DNA from: a virus
Lineage: Duplodnaviria; Caudoviricetes
Reading direction: 5' to 3' (one strand)
Virus record (IMG/VR): IMGVR_UViG_3300025543_000016
Coordinates: 1,785 to 65,784 of that record
Length of the DNA stretch: 64,000 bases
Made by a program: the position numbers and the translations under genes
The notes under the pieces: model-generated
What the model was told of the DNA's origin: nothing
What the model saw: only the letters and a program-made list of their open reading frames with translations
Databases searched by the model: none
Shown here: positions 20,949 to 31,061 of the stretch, piece after piece
How positions within the stretch are numbered: the stretch's first letter is position 1
Layout: each line of letters starts with the position of its first letter

Positions 20949-23900
20949 TATCTAAAGGACATGTTTAATTTTGTATTTGCTAATTTAAGTAGCATTTTTC
21001 TATTTCCAGAGACATTTCTTCTTAAAATAACTTTGTTGTAATAATGTCTAAACTTTTTATGTTGTAAAGATTCTTTTTTATAGTTTAAATTAAAAGCATT
21101 TAAATCTCTAATGTATCCATTAAGTTGTGTAATAAAAATACTTTGTTCAAAATTAGTAAATTCACCTCTATCTCTAGTTGTATCCCAAAATTGATTAAAT
21201 CTATATTTTTGTTCTTCTTTAGAATATAATATTCTAATGTCATTAGTTCCAATTATAGGATATTGCAACATACCATAAGGATCTTCTTTAGGATTAAGTT
21301 CTAATTTTAATAAACCTGATACTTGTTCTGAATTATATATAATAGATTCATCAAAGTTAAAATCTAAATCATGCCATCTATCATCAGCACAGCCATTATA
21401 AAGATCACCTTTATAAACATAAGATTCTAATTGATATTCAATACTTCTTAAAGTTGTAACATTTTGACCTGTATTTTCAATTAACTCAACTTCCCAAGGA
21501 TAATCAATACCATAAAAATTAGCAAATGAATCACATCTAACATTATGTCTCCATATACGACTTTCTTCATTATTTGCTGGTGTAGATAATAAACCAAAAT
21601 ATGAACACAATAATGGATTTGGATTTACATAAGATAAATCACCAACTAAATATAAATCATCACATTCACCTGACTCTGTAGTTACAGAACCAGAAAATTG
21701 AGCCGGTGGACAATTACATTCTATCTTTCTACAAATAGGAGGAAAATTAGAATCATAAGAACCTGTTTCTAAAGTATAATTACCATTAACATCTGAATAT
21801 ATTAATTCATATCCATTAGGGCATGATAAACAAGCTTGTGCAGATACAGCATCTGCTACAGCAGTAATTGTATTTGGTTGATTTGCAGCTATACCAAATT
21901 CATAAGCTGAATTATTACAGCTTATATTTGATAATACTCCTTGGTCATATGGAACAGGGTTTGTTGCTCCTGCAAATAAAGCAATTATATATTGATAGCT
22001 TATTGCACTACCACCTAACAAAGATGATTGATAAGGACAACCTACATTTGTTGAAGGAGCTGTTGAAGTATCTGTTACAAATAATATATATTGTCTAAAG
22101 TTATTGTTACTTGTTCTATCACCTAACTGAGAAATTGTTTTATTATTTAATATTGTTTGAGCATGAATTAAAGCTGGTTCAATACTTGTTCCACCACCTA
22201 ACCATGTAGATGTAAACCAAATATCTACTTCCGATGGTGTAATTGTATTACTCATACTAAAACCTAAAGGATTCATTGATAGTTGGGATGAACCCCACAT
22301 TGTAAAACCAACTTGAATTTTACCTGCTGCCATTCCAGAAGCAATAGATGTGTTATTTAAAACACCTTGAACAAGAGCTCTTTCTGCTGCACCAATAGCA
22401 CCAGCAGCACCTCCAGTACTACCTGAAACATCAACAGCAAAAATAATATCTATAAGACAGTTTGAATTATTATCAGTGCTTATTTCATCAATTAAAACAG
22501 ATGCTTTAGTTGTTTCTTGATATACTTTTTCACATTGATTTGTAAGAGAATTAAAGTTATAACCATCAGGGCAATAAAATGTATCAGATATAGTTGTTTG
22601 AGTTGTAAGAAAATGATTAATACTAGGTAATACTAACTCAGGAAACCAATCATGAAATGATATCCAAGCTTTAGATTTAGGATCGTACGATACAGTCCAA
22701 GATGCGTTATTAAAATAAAGAGGATTTCCAATTTTTAAAGGTATAGGTCTAGAATTTGGTTTTGATCTTATTACAAATTCATCATTTTCAAAAGATATAT
22801 TATTTAAAAATTCTTCTTTTACAGAATAATCTTTTTTCATAAAATAAACTACATCATCATTTGCATCATATATAGTTTGACATCCAATACCTATTACAGG
22901 GTTATCAGCTAATTTACTAAATTCTAAATCACGATATTGTCTTATAAGAGTTGATGGTAAATATTTGTTAAACCAAGCTTTCATACCGGAATTAGCAATA
23001 TTTTCTAATTGACCTGTGTAATGAAATATTTTACCTTGAGCTTGAGATATATAAAACACACCCATTGGTGTACTTACAACAGAACGGGCGTTTTCAGATG
23101 AACCGTATTCATTTGAAAGATCTGAATTTACAATATTTTGAAATGGTTGACTAAATAAACCACCATCCCCAATAGTAAGCTTAGTGCCTAAATCTGTTTG
23201 TAGTTGATCAATTCCTTGAAACATTTGAGGAGATTGATATGGAAAAAATATAATTGCTCCGTTTTTATTTATAGGTTTGATTACATTAACTCTATTTTTA
23301 AAATCTTTATAATTGTTAGGTAAAAATACTCTCCAAAAATCTTTCTTAGCTTCTCTTTGTGCTTGTAAAGAATAAATTAATCTTTTAGGATAATACTGGT
23401 AACAGTTTTCTGCAATTAAAGGATCATAATCTCTTTCTTGGACATTACCAAAAGAACTAACTTGAGTTATCATTTTATCAATGCTTAATGACAAATCATA
23501 TTTATAAAAATTACCTTCTTTAATTATGTCTGCATGAAATAAATCATCAACGTTAGTGTACTGATAATTATCATAATGTCTACCTTTTGTTTCATCATCC
23601 CAATCTCTTTGTGCTAAATTATATTCAGATTCAACAAAGAAATCTTGTACGCCATTAACGTGAGTATACATATAGGCATATCTCATTGCAAAAGCAGGAT
23701 TAGGGTCACTGCTGTTAAACACGGCTCCCATACCTGATGCGCAACTATTAGAACCTCTATCTAAATAAAATAAATCATTTGGTAAAGCGTTTTTAGTATT
23801 TGCAAAACCCAAAGTTACAATTTCATCTGCTAATTGTGTTGTATCATATTTACGTGTATCCATCCAAAATCTTGGATAAGGTATATTTATTCTTTGTAAA

Positions 23901-26900
23901 TAATCATAAGAATATTGATTAGGTTGACCATTTAAAAAGTCAGCAAAAATTGGCATTATTGTTTTTTCAGTGTATCTATTAATATAAACATCACCAGCAA
24001 ATATAGGTTTAGATTTAAATTTTTCTTGTGGTATTTTAATATCAACTAACTCTAAACAACCTCTCATTTGAATTTGTTTAACGCCATCTAATTGACCGTA
24101 TTGATTTTTAAAATTATATTTTAATGCCCCATATATTGCAGAAATAGATCTTGATTGTTCTTGTTCCGGATTTTTTATATAAGTATTTCCATAATCATTA
24201 ACCGTATCACCACCAATTGTATATCTTGATTTATCAACAACTAAAGGATTTTCTAATTCATTTTCAGTAGCAACTAAAACAGTCATTGGTCTAAATAAAT
24301 TATTTATTTTATAACCCTCAAATTCTTGAAATGAACTTCCTATGTAATTAGAATTTAAATTTTTAGTTCTAAATGTTAAATTACTATTTCTAAGTGTAAA
24401 ATTATTATAAAAACCATGTGAATTGTGTTTAAAAGCAAAATCTTCTTCACTAACAAGATTATAAAATAAATCTATTATTTCTTGAGCGCCTGTTGCAATA
24501 TTTGTTTTTGCAATAACTAGTCCTAAAAAAGTACTTATAACTTTAGGTAATGCTCCAGAAGGATGTGTAACGTTATAAGTTTCATAATACTTGCCGCTAT
24601 TAATACCGGGTACTCCACTTGCAAGTAAGTTTGCTTCATTATTTATTCTAAGATTAAGTTGATTAGCTAATTTACCACCTGAGTATAATGAAGCAAAAGA
24701 AGCTAAATCATCTAATAAAAGTTCAAAAATACCATATGTAATCAAAGAGGCTTCTATTGCAGCTGCAGCTGCAGTTACAGAAGATGCTAATTTCAGACCT
24801 GGAATTGAAAAAGATGTACCTCCAACAGCTATGTTTGGATCTGTATGTTGAGATAATCCTTCAAGACCATAAGATTGATTACCTTTAACTCTACTAATAG
24901 CATATCCAACACCAAATAATCCAGCAATTAAAGCACCTCCGTTTCTTAATAATTTATTTTGAGGATGATTTTCTGATTTAATAAAATGACCTATAGCACT
25001 ACCGTCAAGATCTCCGTAAACTCTTGTTTCATAAGCATTTAAAAAAGGTCTTCTAAACATTAACTCTGGAGAATGAAATGTAAAATAATCTTTTTTATAC
25101 CCCGTTAATGGTTTAAATGAAACTTTAGATTGAGTAAATGTATCACAACCATCTGTTCTATGATCACTGTTTTGTTTACCGTCATGAAAATAAACGTCAG
25201 GTCTTAAATCATTATAAGGATAGTTAGGATATAAACCTTTACTATTACCTAAAGTTTGGCCACCTTCAGGTATATTATATTCACGCATATTTTTAAATAT
25301 ACCTTTTGCAAGAATAGATTTATGACCTTCTCTTGAACCTCTTAATATTTCATAACCAACAATGTTAGTTATAATGTTTCCATTATTATCTAAAGGTGGA
25401 GATATATTTTCAAATTCAACACCTAATACTCTTATTGTTGTTCCATTTGTAGAAGATATTTGTAATTGAGATCCTATTTCTTCAGTAGGCATTTTATGAT
25501 GTCTAATATTTTTACCGCATAAATTGTCCCATATATCAGGTCTAGTTGCTGGATATTTTTCAGTAGACTCCCAATAAGCCATATCACCCTTAGCTATTAT
25601 AATACCGTTATCTTCTGTTGGTATAGATAAATTACTATTTGTAACAGTTGCTGTATTATAAATTTCAAAATTCATTTCATCATTAGCTAAAGAATTTAAT
25701 CCGCCACTAATAGCAATTTCATTTATTACTTGACCAAATTGATTTAATCCATTGGTTTTAGGTGCTCTACCTGGAATATGATATGAACTAGATCTTTCAC
25801 CTGTATTATAAATCCATCTAATAAAAAAAGCATACTGCTCATCTCTCATAAATCCTGTTTTATTACCTCCTTTATAATAATAAGAAGCAGGATACTCGGC
25901 AACAACCCATTTAGCTTTAATTTGATTTGCTAATGGTTGATAATTAAAATCAAATTGTTCTACAGGACCTTGTCTTATTAACCAATCATTTACAACATAC
26001 ATTGTATCTGATTTTTCATAAGCAGGTGATCTTAAAGGAATTATTTCTAATGGTATACTAATTAATGATTGATCTATATAATCAATTTCAATATCCATTT
26101 GTTCTGTGCTATATAATCCTATTTTTTTAGCTACAGTATTTTGTTGATTATTAGAAAGAATTACAAGTTCATAATAATCAAATTGCTTATCTAAATTTGA
26201 TATTGTAATACGTAAAGAACCTGAAGTTCCTGAATGATCAAATAAAGATTGAACATTTGATACACCAATGTAATCTGTAACTTTTTGATTATTTACAGTA
26301 TAAGCAACAAAAACTTGATATGATCCGTTTCTTAATTGACCACCACTTTCACCTTTATTTAATTTAATACACGGCGTATCAACCAATGGGGCCAATCTTA
26401 TTTTTTCACAATCTAATTCATTTGTATTTTCATAAATAAGACAATCAGCTCCAGGTTTTGAAGTTATTATTTGTTTCCATGGTATATCATTTAAATTAAG
26501 AGTTCTTGATGGATTATTACCATCATCCCAATATGTTTGCCAAGAGCAATCAAAATTTTCTTTTGCTGCTCCAACAATTAAATGTTTTTTATTAAAGTTT
26601 AAACAAGGATCATTAACAAGAGTTGTATACTCACATTTACTATCATCAAATAATCCTATCTCAGAGTTTATATTATCTGTAGAATATAAGACCCATTGAT
26701 CAGAATAAGTATGTATAGCACCTATAATTGTATAAGGCACTTTAGCACATTCTAAATTTGAAGGTTCATTTCCTATAAGACCAGTATCACCATCTACAGA
26801 ATTATTTGCAGCATTACGAGCATGAGACCAAGCTTCTTTTGGTTGATAAGAAGATGACATATCTTTCATCATACCTTTAATAAAAATTCTAGAGTCTATA

Positions 26901-26941
26901 CTTGATGTATTTTGCACAGATGGTTCATTTTGTTTTGCCAT
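20948..26941 (-). CDS. Tail stabilisation/muzzle-like protein (crAss-like) with inserted vWA domain
   Basis: N-terminal KGMMKD..NAANNS..GNEPSN and WTVSYDPKSKAWISFHDW motifs typical of crAss-like muzzle proteins; follows two ring-protein genes; DIIFAVDVSGS MIDAS motif near 22420-22450. Confidence 0.75.
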   Translation of the reverse strand: MAKQNEPSVQNTSSIDSRIFIKGMMKDMSSSYQPKEAWSHARNAANNSVDGDTGLIGNEPSNLECAKVPYTIIGAIHTYSDQWVLYSTDNINSEIGLFDDSKCEYTTLVNDPCLNFNKKHLIVGAAKENFDCSWQTYWDDGNNPSRTLNLNDIPWKQIITSKPGADCLIYENTNELDCEKIRLAPLVDTPCIKLNKGESGGQLRNGSYQVFVAYTVNNQKVTDYIGVSNVQSLFDHSGTSGSLRITISNLDKQFDYYELVILSNNQQNTVAKKIGLYSTEQMDIEIDYIDQSLISIPLEIIPLRSPAYEKSDTMYVVNDWLIRQGPVEQFDFNYQPLANQIKAKWVVAEYPASYYYKGGNKTGFMRDEQYAFFIRWIYNTGERSSSYHIPGRAPKTNGLNQFGQVINEIAISGGLNSLANDEMNFEIYNTATVTNSNLSIPTEDNGIIIAKGDMAYWESTEKYPATRPDIWDNLCGKNIRHHKMPTEEIGSQLQISSTNGTTIRVLGVEFENISPPLDNNGNIITNIVGYEILRGSREGHKSILAKGIFKNMREYNIPEGGQTLGNSKGLYPNYPYNDLRPDVYFHDGKQNSDHRTDGCDTFTQSKVSFKPLTGYKKDYFTFHSPELMFRRPFLNAYETRVYGDLDGSAIGHFIKSENHPQNKLLRNGGALIAGLFGVGYAISRVKGNQSYGLEGLSQHTDPNIAVGGTSFSIPGLKLASSVTAAAAAIEASLITYGIFELLLDDLASFASLYSGGKLANQLNLRINNEANLLASGVPGINSGKYYETYNVTHPSGALPKVISTFLGLVIAKTNIATGAQEIIDLFYNLVSEEDFAFKHNSHGFYNNFTLRNSNLTFRTKNLNSNYIGSSFQEFEGYKINNLFRPMTVLVATENELENPLVVDKSRYTIGGDTVNDYGNTYIKNPEQEQSRSISAIYGALKYNFKNQYGQLDGVKQIQMRGCLELVDIKIPQEKFKSKPIFAGDVYINRYTEKTIMPIFADFLNGQPNQYSYDYLQRINIPYPRFWMDTRKYDTTQLADEIVTLGFANTKNALPNDLFYLDRGSNSCASGMGAVFNSSDPNPAFAMRYAYMYTHVNGVQDFFVESEYNLAQRDWDDETKGRHYDNYQYTNVDDLFHADIIKEGNFYKYDLSLSIDKMITQVSSFGNVQERDYDPLIAENCYQYYPKRLIYSLQAQREAKKDFWRVFLPNNYKDFKNRVNVIKPINKNGAIIFFPYQSPQMFQGIDQLQTDLGTKLTIGDGGLFSQPFQNIVNSDLSNEYGSSENARSVVSTPMGVFYISQAQGKIFHYTGQLENIANSGMKAWFNKYLPSTLIRQYRDLEFSKLADNPVIGIGCQTIYDANDDVVYFMKKDYSVKEEFLNNISFENDEFVIRSKPNSRPIPLKIGNPLYFNNASWTVSYDPKSKAWISFHDWFPELVLPSINHFLTTQTTISDTFYCPDGYNFNSLTNQCEKVYQETTKASVLIDEISTDNNSNCLIDIIFAVDVSGSTGGAAGAIGAAERALVQGVLNNTSIASGMAAGKIQVGFTMWGSSQLSMNPLGFSMSNTITPSEVDIWFTSTWLGGGTSIEPALIHAQTILNNKTISQLGDRTSNNNFRQYILFVTDTSTAPSTNVGCPYQSSLLGGSAISYQYIIALFAGATNPVPYDQGVLSNISCNNSAYEFGIAANQPNTITAVADAVSAQACLSCPNGYELIYSDVNGNYTLETGSYDSNFPPICRKIECNCPPAQFSGSVTTESGECDDLYLVGDLSYVNPNPLLCSYFGLLSTPANNEESRIWRHNVRCDSFANFYGIDYPWEVELIENTGQNVTTLRSIEYQLESYVYKGDLYNGCADDRWHDLDFNFDESIIYNSEQVSGLLKLELNPKEDPYGMLQYPIIGTNDIRILYSKEEQKYRFNQFWDTTRDRGEFTNFEQSIFITQLNGYIRDLNAFNLNYKKESLQHKKFRHYYNKVILRRNVSGNRKMLLKLANTKLNMSFR

Positions 26942-26945
26942 GATA

Positions 26946-27824
26946 TTATCTTATTGTAGGTGTGCTTTTAAACATGTTATAATAATTGTGGTATTGAGCT
27001 TTTCTATTTACTTCCCACATTTTTTTTAATTCAGCAAAGTCAGGTGTATTAATAAAACTTAATGCATTATTTCTAGAAGCTCTAAGTCTTTGTTCTATTA
27101 GTCCCATTTGGTTACTTACATTCTCACCAGCAAACATCATATTTTCAAGTATTCTTTGCTTTAAAGCATACTCATAATATTCATTACAATAAGGATGATC
27201 TAATACAAGAAGATTACCTTCATTATCTTCCATTGCTCCTTGAAAATTTAAATATACTTTTCCTGAAGTAAAATTAGTTTTTATAAAACCGTCTTTAATT
27301 TCAGCAAGATTTTGAGATCTTGTATTTATATTTGGACAATCACATGTTGCATCATTAATAGTTGTTATCGTTAAAGGTTCAAATGTACTATAAGATCTGT
27401 ATTGACTAGTTCCAACTTTTTGAACAAGTTTATATTCCGAATCACCGCAAGCTGTTAAAACACAAACATCATTACATTTAGAATCTTCACATGGTCCGGT
27501 CATACCCGGATCAGGAACATAATTAACATCTACAGTTTCAACATGTGTACCGGAAGGCATTTTTGTTTCAATAGTATATTCGTTACAAATAAAAGCATAA
27601 TTTAAATAAGCAAAATCATGGGGTAGTCTAGCTTTATTATGCTCAATATCTAAAACAACTTGTTTAGTTCTATTAATTTTTAAACCTAAATCATAATTTA
27701 CTCTTGTTGCAACTTTAATAAGTTGTCCAGGTTCTATCATACCCTCAAGAGCATAGCTAGAAAAATCAATCGTTACATCATTTAATAATTGATTAAAAGT
27801 TCTATATTTATGTGATACGCTCAT
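26946..27824 (-). CDS. Tail ring/tubular protein (crAss-like)
   Basis: Size and position between the IHF-like gene and the muzzle; IKTNFTSGKVYLNF..DNEGNLLVLDHP..YYEYALK motif. Confidence 0.6.
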   Translation of the reverse strand: MSVSHKYRTFNQLLNDVTIDFSSYALEGMIEPGQLIKVATRVNYDLGLKINRTKQVVLDIEHNKARLPHDFAYLNYAFICNEYTIETKMPSGTHVETVDVNYVPDPGMTGPCEDSKCNDVCVLTACGDSEYKLVQKVGTSQYRSYSTFEPLTITTINDATCDCPNINTRSQNLAEIKDGFIKTNFTSGKVYLNFQGAMEDNEGNLLVLDHPYCNEYYEYALKQRILENMMFAGENVSNQMGLIEQRLRASRNNALSFINTPDFAELKKMWEVNRKAQYHNYYNMFKSTPTIR

Positions 27825-28492
27825 TATCTATGTAAATTAATTTTGTTATCTGAATCTTCAGCCGGTATACTTAAAGTGTTAGTCATAACAAGCATAACTT
27901 GTTGTTCTATTTCAGCAAATAATGCTTCAGGTATATTTATTTTTTGTAAGTATCTTGGTATACATTCATCTTTTTCAGAAGTCCATTTTGAAATATCACC
28001 ATTAAATACACCTTCTAATTTAATTGCATCCCATTCTATATTAGGAAAATAAAGATAACCATTAAGATACCAAAAATATTTTGTTTTGTTATATCTAAAA
28101 GATGTAGTATTACTCATAGAAGTATAAGTGCCAGGATGCGTAGGTTGTAATTCTGTAGATCCATCTATAGAACTTACTGTCCTGATTAATGGACCCCAAT
28201 AACCTTCAATCATGTGAGGTAGTTTATCTTTAGTTCTTTTTATTATACAACCGCTTTTTATTCCAGTACAAGTAGCTTCTACTTTATCTACTTCTATTAA
28301 TTCAATAAACGGTAAAGTTTGCCAAACTGAATTAAATTTCATTAATTTGTTAGCGTTGTCTTGCCTTCTCATTAATAATTGAGAAAACTTTTGTATCAAA
28401 CTATATACATATCTGTCTGTTACAAAAGCATCTTGTACTTCAGCTTTTACTTGACCTCTTATTCTTGATATAACTTCTCCTATTGTTGTCAT
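27824..28492 (-). CDS. Tail ring protein (crAss-like)
   Basis: Synteny; CIIKRTKDKLP..YFWYLNGYLY motif; translationally coupled to the next gene. Confidence 0.6.
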   Translation of the reverse strand: MTTIGEVISRIRGQVKAEVQDAFVTDRYVYSLIQKFSQLLMRRQDNANKLMKFNSVWQTLPFIELIEVDKVEATCTGIKSGCIIKRTKDKLPHMIEGYWGPLIRTVSSIDGSTELQPTHPGTYTSMSNTTSFRYNKTKYFWYLNGYLYFPNIEWDAIKLEGVFNGDISKWTSEKDECIPRYLQKINIPEALFAEIEQQVMLVMTNTLSIPAEDSDNKINLHR

Positions 28493-28497
28493 GATGT

Positions 28498-29064
28498 TTA
28501 TATTTTAAATTCATCATAGTTCTTTAACGCTTCTTTAGTATTAAGAGGATCAGAGTCATACAGTTGTGAAACTTTTATTTTAGTCTGCATCTTTAAATAT
28601 TTAGTCCAATTTTTTAAATATTCTTTAGACACTGTTCTTTTAAATTCTCTTCCTGCTGTGAAAGACCAAAGCTCTCTGTTTTTAAATCTATACTTTGTTG
28701 ACCAATTAGTATAAAATATTTTACATATGTTGCCGTCTGTTTCCCAGTTTTTATTTCTTAATACTTTACCGTATTCATTAGATTTTGAATAATCAACATT
28801 TATAGATTTTGCTGGTGGGCATGTGCCTATAAATAAATAACCTAAAGAATCAGGTAGTTCTACACCTTCTCTATGTTTTATGACACCTTCCCATAATGCT
28901 TTATTGTATAGCTTAATTATTTCTTTTAATTTGCTATTATTAATATTTGCATATAATGGTTTTTTGTCTTTAAATTCCTTAAATGTTTTTTTGTTCAGAA
29001 AGCTTAATATTTTTTTCCTATATCTAGGCGCATTTAAATCAGGCTTTTTAAAATTATTATTCAT
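28498..29064 (-). CDS. IHF/HU-like DNA-binding protein
   Basis: Basic protein; GVELPDSLGYLFIG resembles the HU/IHF beta-arm; crAss-like phages carry an IHF-like gene at this position. Confidence 0.55.
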   Translation of the reverse strand: MNNNFKKPDLNAPRYRKKILSFLNKKTFKEFKDKKPLYANINNSKLKEIIKLYNKALWEGVIKHREGVELPDSLGYLFIGTCPPAKSINVDYSKSNEYGKVLRNKNWETDGNICKIFYTNWSTKYRFKNRELWSFTAGREFKRTVSKEYLKNWTKYLKMQTKIKVSQLYDSDPLNTKEALKNYDEFKI

Positions 29065-29124
29065 ACTATTATATTATTAATTTACAAAAAAAAGAGCACT
29101 TATGAAAGTTTATACGTTGAACTT

Positions 29125-30348
29125 TTATAGTGCTTGATAAGTTAACTCACATATGTTACCTTTAATGGGATCTTGCAGCTCTAATTTACCTGATCTTTTG
29201 TTACCAACATATTTATTACTGTAATGATAATAATCCGTTTTACCTAAACTAGGAAGTGTTTTTTCTACAAATCCAGCTGTTTCATTAGACGTCATATATT
29301 CTACTTTTCTATCTGTGTGAATATGACCTTTATACAATGTTCTATTAGTTGTATTACCCCATTGTTTAGGATATTCAGATGCATAAATCAAAGGATTATT
29401 TTTAGAAGATTTATCTCCGTGTTCAAATGCATTAAAATTATTATGCCATACATGCACTTTTCTTTCTTCATATTTTACATCCCATATAATTTCATCTGAT
29501 TCAATTGATTTAGATAAAGCATGCGCTAAATGAAATGATGATAATCTATCATGGTTACCCGGAACATAAACAACAACTAAATTTTTACAAAAATTTTTAA
29601 TGTATCCAATGGCCCAATGCATTGCATCAAATGCTTGTTTGTAAGCTTCTGTTGCACTCATGCAATTATCTAAAGGTGTGCCGCTTGTTGTAGTTCCTGT
29701 AAATGTGTCCATATTAATTAAGTCACCACCGACAACAAAATACATTGTTTCTATATAATAAATTTTATCAGCTCTACCTAACAAATCTATTATGGTATCT
29801 TCAAAGTCTTTATCAATTGTTTCATTACCTTGTTTGCCAAAATGTATGTCCTGTAAAGAAATTATACCACAAACTTTTTGTAATTTTTTTAAATTGCTAA
29901 TATTTGTTTTTGGTAATTTATATGTTTTAGGTTTCCAGCTTTCTAATAATTTTTTTAAATTGTCTGTATCTGTATTTTTTAATTTAGTTACTAATGCTGA
30001 AACTCTCCAATGATCTCCCATTTGTTTGTTCCAGTATTGAGACAATTTCCATTCTTTTGTATCAATTTTAAGTAAAGATATAATTTCTTCTGAATTTTTT
30101 GGTTCATTTGTAAATGTACCAGAAACAGTTTTTTCTCCTTTATCTAAGTTTACTGATTCTGCTATTTGTGAATGTTCAGCAGCTTTGGTAAAAAACTTAT
30201 CTTTTTTCTTATTGTTTTTTCTATCAGCAAGAACTTGTTTTTTTAATTTTATATAATACTCTTGAGATATACCTAATCTTTTAGCAGAATAAGAGGGATC
30301 TTTTTTCCATCTTAAACTTTCAATTATTTGTTTTGTTAAATTATTCAT
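29125..30348 (-). CDS. Calcineurin-like metallophosphoesterase with N-terminal HTH-like region
   Basis: Motifs DIHFG, GGDLI, GNHD, HGD and GHIH in canonical order. Confidence 0.85.
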   Translation of the reverse strand: MNNLTKQIIESLRWKKDPSYSAKRLGISQEYYIKLKKQVLADRKNNKKKDKFFTKAAEHSQIAESVNLDKGEKTVSGTFTNEPKNSEEIISLLKIDTKEWKLSQYWNKQMGDHWRVSALVTKLKNTDTDNLKKLLESWKPKTYKLPKTNISNLKKLQKVCGIISLQDIHFGKQGNETIDKDFEDTIIDLLGRADKIYYIETMYFVVGGDLINMDTFTGTTTSGTPLDNCMSATEAYKQAFDAMHWAIGYIKNFCKNLVVVYVPGNHDRLSSFHLAHALSKSIESDEIIWDVKYEERKVHVWHNNFNAFEHGDKSSKNNPLIYASEYPKQWGNTTNRTLYKGHIHTDRKVEYMTSNETAGFVEKTLPSLGKTDYYHYSNKYVGNKRSGKLELQDPIKGNICELTYQAL

Positions 30349-30404
30349 AATAAGTTAATTACAAAAGTTTATAAATACATCAAATATAACAAAAAATATT
30401 TAAT

Positions 30405-30435
30405 AAAAAAGAAGGCCTCTGTAGAGACCTTCTTC
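30405..30435 (-). terminator. Probable intrinsic terminator
   Basis: aagaagg...ccttctt hairpin with an A-run on + (U-run on -), downstream of 30480-31040. Confidence 0.55.
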
Positions 30436-30479
30436 CAACGTCAGTAGTAGAAAACCAACAAACCACTACTTTTTTGTTG

Positions 30480-31040
30480 TTATATTAATGTTTTAATAAG
30501 AATCTCTAAGGTATCGCATGTTCCGTTACCTGTTGTTGATTGTAATTTTATTTTATATTCAGTATCTGGATTTAATTCTGTAATAGTAAAATCAGAAACT
30601 GTTGGTATTAATAAAGATGTATTTGCTTGAATCCATCCAGATGGTGAAATTACCGTATCATAAAAAACATTTACGCCAATACTAATTGATGAAATACCAT
30701 TCCATGTAATTGATGTTGTAGTATTAGTAATTGTTTCAGCATATAAATTATAAGGAGCATGATGCACATTATCTGCAGTACAAGCACCTAAACCCTTTGT
30801 AATTATTAATGCAAATTTTTGAATTATTTGGTCAAGTCTTTCTCCTGATTCTACTTTTAAAATACCTCCAGGTGATTCAATTTGAAATGATGTACCACAA
30901 TAACTAACACATTCAGCACATTGGACATCGTCACATCTTTCATTACCAACACCACATTGAGTATAACTACACGGTGTAGTTAATGTTGTGTCTTTACATC
31001 CACAAGGGTTATTTGAACTATTACAATTATTACAAGCCAT
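30480..31040 (-). CDS. Cys-rich structural protein with C-terminal fibronectin type III-like domain
   Basis: 12 Cys, mostly N-terminal; TSITWNG..FTITELNPDTEYKIKL is an FN3 signature. Confidence 0.6.
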   Translation of the reverse strand: MACNNCNSSNNPCGCKDTTLTTPCSYTQCGVGNERCDDVQCAECVSYCGTSFQIESPGGILKVESGERLDQIIQKFALIITKGLGACTADNVHHAPYNLYAETITNTTTSITWNGISSISIGVNVFYDTVISPSGWIQANTSLLIPTVSDFTITELNPDTEYKIKLQSTTGNGTCDTLEILIKTLI

Positions 31041-31061
31041 TTTAATTTATTTATTATTTTA

